Positions 36,293 through 49,800 of a stretch of DNA of 64,000 nucleotides are shown here, piece by piece; within the stretch, counting starts at the first letter, position 1; every line of letters begins with the position of its first letter. Position numbers and translations under genes: made by a program. Source of the stretch: Paragordius varius. Taxonomy: Eukaryota > Animalia > Nematomorpha. The DNA lies in assembly GCA_964247055.1 (NCBI GenBank), contig OZ176053.1, positions 12,214,001 to 12,278,000 of the forward strand, given 5' to 3'. The notes beneath the pieces are model-generated. The model did not search any database. It was not told the origin of the DNA and saw only the letters and a list, made by a program, of their open reading frames with translations.

Positions 36293-37881
36293 ACGAAACC
36301 TATACGGTGTTTATAAAAATAAAATGAAATTACTGTAATAGTAATAAAAATTTGAGGAAACCTGATAATATTTCTGCTTATCATTTATCAAATATTTTCA
36401 AAAAATGTCCTAAAATTTAATTTAATAGGTTTATTTATTTGTGAAAAATATATAATCTTTGAGTCAATATTAATGGCTTAGCTTTATTTACTAGAGATAA
36501 TTAAAAACGAACAATAACTTTGCGAAAATATTGTTCCGAAAAACTGTAGTTTAATTCCTTATTTATTTAACTACTGATTAAGCTTAAAAATATTAAGTTT
36601 TAACAGCTATTGTCCTATAATAGGGTGGCACTACTTTAAAGGGTTTTCACAAGAAGATATGACCTATATGAATTACAATGGTTATAGCTCATCCTATAAA
36701 ACCTGATTAACTGTCTAGAGTCAGTCCAGTACGCCACCTAACAGTCAATTCATTAAAAGTCTCTCAATTGTTTTATTGATTAGTTATTAAAATCCGAAAC
36801 AACCGCTAAGTACCATCCTATTTCAATTAAAATTAAATAACGAGTGTGTTTTGGAATTTTAAAACCAGAGGGCGCTGATGTATACTTTGATATACATGTG
36901 TAGTATAAATACTCAAATATACCCTGAGTATTTTCCCATATATTCCAGCACTCCGTTTGGTTAAATAAAATCTGTGTGCTTTAAAGGTAATTTTTATAAC
37001 TTAAAGTTTAGTAAAATTTATTGAATTAATGATATTGCTTTTTATTATTACTCGCTCGGGCCAAAATAGTTAGTTAGTATTAAATCATTATTTTTGGTTA
37101 GAAAAGTAAAAATTCATAATAATTGCTAAATAGATCCGCAAATATTTAGCACATATGATCTAGGCTACTTAAAAAATTATATTTTTAATTAAATACCGAT
37201 CCAAGGCTTGCTTTGGATTTTGGTATTTAATAACATAATAAAAATTAAGAACCCCAAATAGCCAGGATAGTAGCCAGAATTAAAGATACATTTTAGAATA
37301 TCTAAATTTGAATATAATGAAACCACAAAAGCGGTATATTTTTTAACCTTTCTTATGATTTAGTCTATCACTTTATTTATTATTATATACTCTTTAGAAG
37401 AAAATATACAATTTTTCATATGTATTTGTTTTTGCGGCTAATTTATCATTTATTTGTCTGGAAATTAAAAATGTAGCATAGATCGCAAAAATCAATGAAT
37501 TTAAATATTTTGACAAAATTTTTTCAGATCAACCGAATTCACTTCAACCCAAACGGAAATCAAGGATAAAAAATCACTATTTCTTAAAATGGGTCGACTT
37601 TGATCCTGATTAAACTTTATTATGTTTTTATGTGCGGATTTAGGGTTTATTTAATTTACGTATAAATTGTAGCCTTCGCCTATTATGATTTGAAAACCAA
37701 AATCTTAATCAAGAAAAGACGTTGGTTATGAAAGAAAGTGTGAATTAATTTACATAAGCATAAATTAGTTGGTAAAAATTATAAAGATAAAACAAACCGA
37801 GCAATTTATTAATATAAAATTGAATTTCAGCAATAAATCATCGAAAAAAATTCCAAAAAATAGTGTATTTTTAACAATATT

Positions 37882-40800
37882 CTAACTATTATTAACAATA
37901 GTAGTCATAATCCAATTTCTGTATTTTGCAACGTTGACGAAATAGTTGGAATAATTAGGCATGCAATTTTCATCACCCTCAAACCACAAACCGACAAGTG
38001 TGTGGATATCTAAAAAAGTTTTAATATACCATTTACAATTCAAATTCCCCCTTGAAAAATTCAAATTCATCTAAATATAAATTATATGTTATCATTAATA
38101 TGAAATATATTTTTAGGACATAGTTTATTATTTTTTCAGCATTATATGAATTTTAAACAGAATTTCATATCTTAAAAAATTATTAAAGGTAATTTCTCAA
38201 AAAACATAATTTATTTTAATTAGCATTTAAGTTGTTCGAGGGTGAATTTATATTGTTCAAGGGAGAATTTGAACTGTAAATTGTTTATATACATATGGTA
38301 TACTAAAATTAATTTGATGAAAAAAACGAATAGGTCTTTCTTTAACAAAATTTTTATAATTTTAAGAAATCACATCATAGCTGCCTTTCAAACTGCCTAC
38401 TTTTAAACGTACATTAATACTGATAGAAATACAATGATAAGAATAATTCATCAATTCGAACCGATATACAATGAAAGGATAATTTATGAGGAAAAAGGTA
38501 TTTCATGGTTTTAATTATTTTTTTAAGAACTACGGACAAATAACCTGGTCGTGAGCTTATATGCCTCGTTATGCTGTGGAATACTTTTAATAGTTACCCT
38601 TTTTGAAAATTTTTGGCATTCCATAGGTGTGGTATATATATATATTCAAACAATTGATTTTTACATTTAAATGTTTTATGCCATAGATATAATTAATTTT
38701 CTAGTCATGAATTCATGGTTCACATTATTTAAAAATGTTTTGAAAATATATATTAAATGGATCTCGTCATTTTTGTCCGTTTAAGCAACCCTAACAATCT
38801 ACATAAGACGAGAGAAAAACCGTGAAAAATATGTTTGGCAATGATATTTCTTATGTAACTTTTTTGTGGAAATATTGAATGATAATATATATTGATTTTT
38901 AAGACACAGCTTCATAGCTTTATCGGCACCTTAGTATTTAAGGATCGCTGTCATGGCCAACGTAACAATACTGCATAATGTATTCCAATTTTTATGATTT
39001 AAAATAAAAAGCTAAATACATTTTAAATTTAATTTTTGAGGAAAATATCCAATTATTATTATTATAGTACCATTTCTAAAATTGACCAGTAGTGATCCGT
39101 ATTCATTCAGGCAACCAACTATTGGATTTGTCTTATTGCTGGAAGTACATATAATTTCGCGAGGCTCATAATAAAATTCTTTACCATCGCACTCAAACTT
39201 TGGGTTTAAAACTGGGGCGGCCTGCAACATGTGCCCAGATTCGTAGGCATCTATCGGAATAAATTTAACAAAATAAGAGTATGTTTATATAGTTTTTTGA
39301 AATTGCAATGAACCACCCACATAAAGACCGCGAATTCAGCAAAAATTGATAATTATCCGCATCAATATATTTTATAAAAATAATCTAACCCAGTGGTTCC
39401 CAAAAGAAGAGCGGGGTGGGGATGGAGAAACGACTTTGAATTTATGTTAAAAAACATATTTTTTACTATTATTTGATAATTGGTTCATTAATATTTTTTT
39501 ATTTAAATTAAAAATAAAACTGGCGACAAATTCAAGGTTTATGGTGCAAACCCTCAAGATTTGTCCCCGATATGGAAAAATATTTCAACAATGACAGTTT
39601 TAAAGGATCCCATTGATTATAATTTTTATAATATTATAATAAATTTTGCATTTGAAGAGGGGGGGGGGGCGGTGAACAAAAAAAGGTTCGTGACCACGAT
39701 TTAACCTTTTTTATTTAAAATTAAATTTTACATTTTTATTATTATAATAGTTTTGCTATTCTACAGTTTTGTTTCAATGAATTTTATTGTTTTTAATTTT
39801 TTATTAAATACTCCCAGAAACCAGGTGGCAATGAATAAATACTTGGCAGTATTATTTATAGATAAGGTGACCAGATTTTTTAATAATCTGAAAAGGGGGG
39901 GATTGGGGGGTACAACCAAAAATTTTTATACAAAAAATTTATTGTAATATTTATTTATTTTTAACACAAATACATTATAAATAAAAATTTGTACCTTACA
40001 GGTTGTTTGTACCTTATTCAATAAATTTACATGTGCACGAACAAAGGGTGAAGTGATTGTAATATTCTAGAAAAAAAGAATAAAGACGAAATCATCACAA
40101 AGTGCGCTGGGTGATGCAAGAAGCGGCACAAAAAATATTTTTAACAATTTAGCAAATAATCTTAATCAAAACATTATTGGCAAATACACAACGCTATTCA
40201 AACATCTACTGATTCGTTACCCCTGGATGTGGAAAATAGAGATGTTAAAAGGCTTGGATATTGTAGAACTGTTGAGCTCTTTTGCCAGCGATTGATATAT
40301 TTATAAAAATGTGATCTCCTAGAATCCTATTTTTTATCAAAGGACAAAGGTCAAAATTCCAAGTCAAAAAAGGTTAGAAAATAATTTTATACCATTACCT
40401 AATCGCAATATTATAAAGAATCCAGAAAAACAAGGCTCAATGAATAGCCAGAATATAAAAATGTTTTATACAAACAGAAACGATTATTTGGAAGACAAAA
40501 CGGTGCACAATGACACTTTTTAATAAAGTCTCATTATTAAATAAATATATTGAATGAAAGCTTATATAATAAACAGAAAAAAATACGTAGGATAGGTTAA
40601 AATAATCATTTTTAAAAAAATTATATTCCATACAATAATAATTTAGTTGTAGAATTTGCATTATCTTCACCTGAACCACTGCTATTGAACGCGCTTTTCC
40701 ACAGTAAATCAAGTGTGGACACGGAATCAAATTTAAATGTTTAATAAAAGCCATTTTATGTGTTCAAATATAATTTGACAAATTATGAAGACTTATACAA

Positions 40801-43800
40801 TATTTTAGGTAATTATGTTTTTTAACACAAAAACTTTAAAGAAAATATTTTATTCTTTGGTATATTTTTGGTTTGAGCGAATGCGTTTTAGCAGATTGTC
40901 ATCATTTTTTAAAATATTGTAGAAGTCTTCACAAGAATTTGTCAAATTATATTTGACAGATAAAACGGCCTTTAAAGTTTGAACATTTAAATTTGATTTT
41001 TTCGATGTCCACACCTGATTTACTGTGGAAAAAACGCGCTCAGTAGCAGCGTCGGTTCAAAGATAGTGCGAATTCCACAATTTTTAAAATATTTTTGTAT
41101 GTTATATAGTTGGCTTCGAAATGATGAAATATTTCCAACCATTTCTTTTCTACTGTATATTTTTCTTTTGTCCATAATTTAAGTTTTTCATTAATAATAT
41201 ATCTTTTAACTAATGATACTTCAGAAAAAAGATTTTTTCTGAAAGATTACTTGTTGAGAATTTTTTGAGAGCACATATAATCAAATGATTTTAGAACATC
41301 GCACCAATTAAATTATGATTTTAATGTCCAATGAAAATAATCAATTTCATTGAATTGCGTCGTCCAGTCTTCCAAATAATCTTTACAGTTTGTATAAAAC
41401 ATTTTTATATGGTACAGGATATCTTGGCGATTTATTAAGCCTTGTTTTTCTATTGCGGATGGTTATAGGTATAAAATTATTTTCTAACCGTTCTTGACAT
41501 TGGAACTTTAGGTAATTAACTTAATTGGCTACTTCGATTGCCGAAATTTTGTCACCTTTTATAAATTTAATAACATTTTGAAAGAGAGAAGCTTGATTAT
41601 GTGAGAATTCTAACCATATTCTTGAAGAATGACTTTTAAAAAACTTTTTTAAAGTTGTAGGACATTTGTCCTGTCATAAAAAAATATTTTAAAGGATCAT
41701 ACATTTTTAAAATCGTTCGATAGCTGGCATAAAAGCTAATCAACGAGTTTTACAATATCCAAGCATTTTTTGATATTGAACTTCTGCATTTTCACAGAAT
41801 TCTTTAAGCGTTTCAACACGTACCGTGTATATATAAAAATAGGAATATATTTTAACAACTACATTTTCCACATCTAGGGGTAACAAATCAGCAGCTGTTT
41901 GAATGGCGTTGTGTATTATATGCGCTGCACACCCAACGCCAATAATGTTTTGATTTAGATTATCTGTTAATTTATTAAAAATATTTTCTGTTCCCCTCCT
42001 TGCTTTTCCACCAAAGTTTGTATTGGTGTTGTCAGCGCAATATGCGATAATTTTGTCTTTTAAATTATTTTTTCTAGAAAATGCATTATTGAAATAAATA
42101 TCATATCGGAATTTTCACCGGGTATGGAAATTAAATCTAAAATTTTAATTTTTACTCCGGTTCTGAATCAAAATATCATATTAAATTAGGAAATAATTTT
42201 GTTTCATGGTGATTTGATGCATCAGAGTATAGGGATAAAAAATTAATTTTCAGAAAATCTTTTATATGTCAGAAAATGCATGTGGCGAAAGATTGCACTG
42301 AATGGCTTCAGCCTTTGTACGGCCACATGTAAATTTTTTATGGAATAACGTACGAATAACCTGTGAGGTACAGTCCATAGATCTAAAGGAAATTGTGATT
42401 AACGGCGTGAAAAGATAACACGCCCTCAGCTAGTGCCAAATTCTTTTCTTCCTCTCCAAAAGCATTTTGTAAGATGATGCCGCCATAACATTTTTTATGT
42501 TTCTGTGTTTCCATATGCTTTGTAATATCATGCTTGCCGCCATGTGCTAGGGTGAATTCCCCCTCGCATATAAGACATTTAACAGATGATTCATTCTTCG
42601 TTTTTTTGATAAAAGGAAAATCTTTCATTAATTCATCGTTAAATTTACAACCTCTTTTTGTGCTCATATTTATAAACTACTATTAGTATAATAAATATTA
42701 TATTACCTTAATTTTCTGGAATAAACGTGTAAGGTACCGATTTGTGGTATTAATTTGGCTTTTTGATATGTTAGGAAGTAATAAAACTAAAATATTAGCA
42801 TAGTAAATATTATATTACCTTATTCTAAAATAAACGTGTAAGCTACCGATTTGTGGTATTAATTTGTCTTTTAATCTAGAGATTTGTGGTATTACTACCT
42901 TGGCTTTTGATAATGATGACAGTAGTAGGAAGCAAAGTGTATAATCATATGATATATATTCAAAAAAAATAAATATTTTTAATTTAAAAATAAAAAATTT
43001 CAATTTAAAATGGAATAGATTTTAAAGATATTTAATGATAAAAAATTTAAACGGATAAAAAAATTTATTTGTATTAAAATAAATTTTTTTTATATAATCG
43101 TGAAAACGGGACATTTTAAAAACGTAGCGGGACGCGGGACAAAGTGTGAAAAAGCGGGACGTCTGGTCACCTTATTTATACACCAAACTTTATTCAAAAT
43201 AGTTTAAAAAAATCTTATTAGGAGGGCATAGTAGGGGATGGCCAATGCATAAGACAGTATATGATAACAATTAAATGGTAATATACTAGCAACTCCCCAA
43301 CCGGCCATATAATATTGATCGAATGTTATGGAAAATTCATCACCAATACAAATTGGATGTGCCGTGGAGCTGTAAGTCATATGATTTGGTAGAAAGGAAC
43401 TTGTTGCCACTCTACCACCTATCTTCGCCAAAGCCAATCTTCTATTTGGATCCATATAAAACTTGTCTAGAAAAGTATAAACAAATATTTAATAGTAATT
43501 TTATATTAAGTCAGTCTAAAAAAAGCTAATGTAGAGAAATGCTTGGTATGCGTCCCTTCATTATTTTTATCAAATATGATAAAATTCTTTCATAAATGAA
43601 ATTTAAATGCTAGCACACGTATAAAGTATTAAAATGGTATAATCAATATATTACTTTCCGGGTAAGGGTAGGCTTGTATGACATTGTAATGAACCTCATC
43701 GACATCAAAATGGAAAGCGGAATAATCTCCCGTAACTATGGTAAAATTATTGGGTAGATTTGTATGAAAACACCGTGCCAAACTTAAGATCCATTGGGTA

Positions 43801-46800
43801 TCAATTATGGCGCCCGAGCAAACAAATATGTTGTTGTACATTATTTTAACAAGCCTGCAATTAAAATTCAATTTTAAACATAACAAAGTGTTTACTACAG
43901 AGAAAGACTTAGTATTCATTGCTAGTTTTTCATTAAATATTGTCGGATACATATGGAAGTAAATTAGTAAACATAGCAGTAAAAAGCGCGAAAAAAATTT
44001 AAGGCAATAATATTGACCTTTTCTGAATATACTATCTGCCATTAATAACTAGCAATGCATATTTATACTCTATATATATATATATATATACATAATTAAG
44101 GTATAAAACATTATATATGATTAACATTAAGGAAAATGGTATGGGTTACAGCTTTTTTAAAACATCATATATTTTGTATATATGATAATAAAAACCATGG
44201 TAATGGAAAAATGGTTGTTTCTGCATTCATAATCCTCGGGATCTTAAAAGGGGAAGGACCAAAATAATTTGTTGGAGACTGAGAAGGTTCTACTTTGCCA
44301 CACTGTAAGGGTGTTGTTTGATTACATCGACGTCCATAAAAACCACTTCGACACAGGCAAAACCCATTGCTATCACATTCATGGTAACTGCTTAAAGGGC
44401 AATCACAATCTATTTTTGTTATATATATTTATCTATATGGATTAGTTTTCCACACGATTTGGAATGCCGGCTACAGTTTTGTATTTGCATTTTTTATAGC
44501 CGTATTTTACGATACTACAACTTTAATTAATAATATTACTTTAACTTTGGAAATTTTTTGGTGTTACTATAATATAATAAGTGATGGATTAATACAGAAA
44601 GCACGGTCTATTTTAGAAATCTATTTTGAAAACTTATAACTATAAAAGATGATGGATATCTCTTACTATGTCCAAAAATTCTGGTGCAATTGAGACAGCC
44701 TTAATTGCAAAAATATAAATAAGATAGGCTGATGCCGCCAAAATTTCACATAAAAAACTTTGGGAAACATATCAATCCTTCCTTCAACATGTCCGAATAA
44801 ATAAAGTATTAACATTAAATATAAAAATTTTGTCATAGAAATAAATGACTTAAATCGAAACTTGATACCAATTTGCAGATATTTTTTTATTACTTATGGC
44901 AAAATTGTATTTAAATAGCTGTTCGAGCGGCATAATTACCATTCTGGCATTGTAGACCAAAGTAGCCAGGTTTGCATTTCGAACTTCCAAGGAAATCGCA
45001 TTCATTTGATATCATGCGCGTTGCATCAAAAGGACAAGCTGAAGTAATATAAAATTAATCAGTTTTCTAAACCAGGGATAATAGAAAATGTAATAGATCA
45101 TTTGTTCTTTCCATACACTTAATGCAAAATTGTTAAAAATGTACAGTTTAGGCTTCAGAGCAGGGGTGTCCTACACAACTCCATAACCATAAGCCACATT
45201 TTTACCTCAAAAAACACCGGCTGGCCGCATTTAAAAATATGGGCATTCATAAATAATTTTTTAGTATTCCAACATTGGACTGTTAAATGCAAACATAGTA
45301 TAACAAATTTTTGTACTTCTTGCTAATTAAAAATTATTTAAGATATATATATTAATTTTACTAAGAATTTTAGCATATTTTCACAAATTATGAATTTCCA
45401 AATTTTTTAAGGGTCGCGTTTTGGACACCACTGCTTTAGAGTCTTTTTCCTTTTTAAGGGTCCTTGTCCAGAGCTGATATGGAGAAATTGGGCATCACGA
45501 TTGAATATGATACGCCACACACAAATGTAATAACCCGGCGCCCTACCTACTCCATATCGCCTTCGGTAAATATTTCATTAATTCCGTAAATATTCTCTAT
45601 TTATCTTTTTAATAATAAAAAATATTTCTAATTTTATAGAAAAGCCGATTAATTTATCATTACTCCGGGGTATTTATAAAATCTTTTTACAAGAAATACA
45701 TTAAATATCTCAAAACATCTTCGATTGCAATAAATGAGGAAAAAAACGGTAGAAGTTAACAAACAAATCATATTTTATAGCTGAGTGCCATGAATTTGTT
45801 CTCTAATTAAATAAATTGTATTTAAGGGTTATTTACCATGTTCGCAATGTTTTCCATACCATCCTGGTCGGCATTTACAATATCCGTATATATTGCACCA
45901 TTCTCCACCACCGTTCTCACATCTGCATCCTTTGGTATATTGACAGTTAAAATAAACATTATTTCATAATTTATTTAGAAAAACTGTTTAAATACTCCGT
46001 GACCTTTTGGGATAGTTTATATTCCAGAAGGAGAAATTTTAATATCTTAAAAAGAATTTAATTTCTTTAGCCTTTATTATACAAAAGAACTTTTTTTAAA
46101 AATAAAAAATTGTAAAAAATCCAAATCTCAAACTTTTTCGCCGCCATTTTTTTAAATTTTTTAAATCACTAATACAAGCAATAAATGTATATTTTTAGAA
46201 AATGTAAATGATTACTTTAAAAAGCTTTCCGGCTACATTTTACCAGAAAAAATTAATATGATTGATTTTAATATTAGTTGTTATAAATTGTCTTGGAGCT
46301 TTCTAAAAGTCACATAACTGTAAATAACCTTTTCTATCTAATTCATGGGAACAATGTTTGATAATTAAAATTTAACCAAATTTACTTTCAAAATAGTAGT
46401 GTAATGACAAAATTCAGCTTTGGGATGTAATACTACCCTAATATGTCAACTAAGAAAAGTGAAGTGGTTAATTTGATAATTTATTCACTTTTTGTACATC
46501 TCCGTCCATAATATCCAAATTTACATTTGCAGCCTCCAAAGGCATCGCAATCAGGCCCAACACTTGTGCAATTATCACAATGGCATCCTAAATATATGCG
46601 GATTTAAAGGTCTTAATTAGTCTAATAATTGCTTAAAACAATGCTTTAGCAGTATTTGACAACAGAATTTCTTTTTGGGACATCTAATTAAAAAATATTA
46701 ATTTCAAATCATTAAATAATTGACACCTGGGTTAAAAATATATTTATGACACAGTCCGTACATTGACATGTAGCTTACATGGTGCACATAACGAATCGTA

Positions 46801-49800
46801 ATGATTCTATTCAATTGACAAATTATTTTTTTCTAGACAAATTCCGTTAACAATTGTCATAATTGAATTTCATCCGTAAATGGCTTGTTATGTGCAATCA
46901 ATTTTCAAATATATTCAAAAGTTTTAACCAAAGTTAATGGCTATCCTTCTTTTTCTAAAAAAAACTTTTTATTATGTTATAATTATCCAGTGCAGGTTGC
47001 CAACCTTGTCTTTCATGATACCGCTAGTTATTTTATGCATTGAATCAGGCTTACTTTGATAAAAAAATAGCAATGGGTGAAAATAATTTAGGTTTATTTG
47101 GCTTTAGAATTATGTTATTACTTTAACATAATTTAATATCAACGTATATTTGGGGGATATAAAATTATTTATAAAAATTAAAAAATATTATATATTCATT
47201 ATAATACTTTTAATAAATACTAACTTTTTTCACAACTCGCACCATAAAATCCTGGATAACACGAGCAGTGGCTATTAACAGTTCTTATGTATTGTCCAAA
47301 GATACAATTGTGTCCTTAAAATAAAATTGAACGATGTTAATAATATTAAGTTTAAATTTGAAATAAATGTCTTTTAGTATTTTGGATATTCAAATTTATT
47401 AGCTTTAAAAACTCGAAAAATTGGATTTAGCGTTGCATAAGAAAGAACATAAACCTATGGTAACCAGTCGGTTGTTTTGAAAAAATCCTTATTTATTATC
47501 GATAACGATATACAGTATGAGTAAATATACATTGCTAGTAAGTCATTAATTATTGCCTAATAGCATATAAAGGGCAGTATTATTGGGTTATAGTAATTTT
47601 TTTCATTTCCTATTATTAGCCATTAATAATTCTCTTTGCATATGCTATTTGGCATTAATTAACTTTCTAGCAATATATAATTATACATACTGTATAAACT
47701 TTGTAGGTTAATAGATATAAAATACATAAATTTATATAAGCTTGTGTTTTTAGGAGCTTTTTTCAAATATTCGACTAAAATGAACAAATCAGATTTTTAA
47801 AAGTGTATCGTAAAACTGAGAAAAATTTAGTTCAACGAATATTAAAATGTAAGGAATTCTAAGGTATTAATGTGTCTAAAAACGATTTTGCAAACATTAG
47901 TTACTTGACTTTTTGTATCAAAAACATGTAATTCACTCATTTGGTACCGGGGATGAAGAAATTCAAAAAATATTTTTAATATATCAATTAATACATAGCT
48001 AATTTTTTTAATTTATAATTTTTTTACACTTAAAATTTCGTATTTTGCTATACATTTACTCAGAAAGCTTAAATTCTAATTTTCCACCTCAGGTACGAAA
48101 CCTCAAAAGTCAAGCATTTAACAGTGCTTTAGTTAAATTTTGCACATTTGAAATACATTTTTACCATTTTCTAGAAGACCTTTGATTTTTACAAAAAATT
48201 TCCAAATCTTTACTATATATGTGTATAAACAGCTCTTTTGAGATTTTTTTTCAAACAAAAATTTTATTTGGTGACGATATTATTCCTTTTTAAGTTACAA
48301 ACTGAAAAGATTTACTATGCTGGCATTGTTTTCCATAATAAAAATGGGGACACTGACATTGACCAACTCTGTCACAGCCAATTAATCCTGAGGGGCAATT
48401 GCAAACGAATTCACATTTTCTGCCATAAAATCCATCAATACATGGGCATAAACCTCTGGCATCACAATAAGGGCCAATGGTCGTGATATTACATTTACAG
48501 GCTAAAAATTTAGTTGACATATAGTATTAAAGGTCATTTGGGGTAGTTTAAATGGTGAAAAAAGGATTATAATTTACATGCCTGTTGCCATTCATAAGAT
48601 TTTACTTAAATATTATTTTTTTAAAATTATGGAATAAAATAAGTGTTTAAATTATTATGTAAGTAATAAACTAAAAATTGTCATACATTGTGACAGACAT
48701 GTAAGTAAAACTTCTTATATCCATTTATAAATCGAATGACCAATCATAGCTCTTTTATATATATATGTATATATATATATATATATATTTTACAGCCATT
48801 AGCATGAGAAAAAGATGTAATGTAGTGTGCGCTTGTACAATGATTGGATGAAACTTTTTTTTACATTTTTTGTATATTTCATTTTTGTTATCAGACCAAG
48901 AAATTGTAATTAAATAAGAGTAAACATATGATATATAAAACTGGACATGATATGCCTAACTTTATAAATCATTTGTGCTTTAGTGGGGTGGCCAACACGC
49001 GGTCCTTCAAAACCCTTTGCGCGACCCGTAAAAATTTGGAAGTACCAAATTTGCAAAAATATGCTCACAAAATCTTAGTAGAATTGATATCTTTAACAAT
49101 TTAATTAAATAAGTCTATTCAATTGACAACAAACTAGATATTATTGAATTTTTTTCCATTAGACTGGCTTATGTTTGTAATCTAATAAATTATTTATACG
49201 CATATATTTAAAATAGAGTCCGCCATTTTTTCTGAATCAAAAATGCGGCCCCCGAAGCTAGTTATGTCAAACACCCCGGTTACAAGGTATTATCCTGTTA
49301 CTTATTAAATGAACACAGTATTTCAAAATTTTTTATATCAAAATGCACGTAAAATTATCTGAAATATAAATTATATTCCATCAGCTATAAGAGGATTTCA
49401 CGAAATGTATAATTAAATATATCGTTTTTAGACTATAACAAAAAATTTTATATTTAATATATTTTTTATAAATTAAATTGGTTTTTTTCTATTAAAAAGA
49501 GACTATATGAATTTGTTAAAATTTTATATTATAAAAAATTCATAACTAAATGGCGAATTAGAAAAATTAAATGGTTTTATGTCGAAACGGTCCCAATTTA
49601 AATTTATGCTACTATCCTAATAAAAATTATAAAATTAAGTCAAAATATCTAAATAAAATTTCGTTTCAAAAAAAAAAGTTTCATGTCAGACTACTTCGAC
49701 GCCATTTTTATTTTACAAAATTTTTGCAAAAAATCGTCTTCATGTAATTTAAAAGGTAAAATTAAAGCTAATTTTAATTAAATTTAAATTGATAGAAAAA

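Noticed and set aside
45440-45600. GC-rich block as an extra exon of the EGF/pseudo-protease gene
   Set aside because: The frame from the available phase-1 acceptor hits a stop, there is no EGF cysteine pattern, and the flanking exons join without it.
48575-48605. Possible 30-nt phase-1 micro-exon (VKSYEWQQA)
   Set aside because: AG/GT boundaries occur easily by chance in AT-rich DNA, and the exon is not needed for frame or domain continuity.
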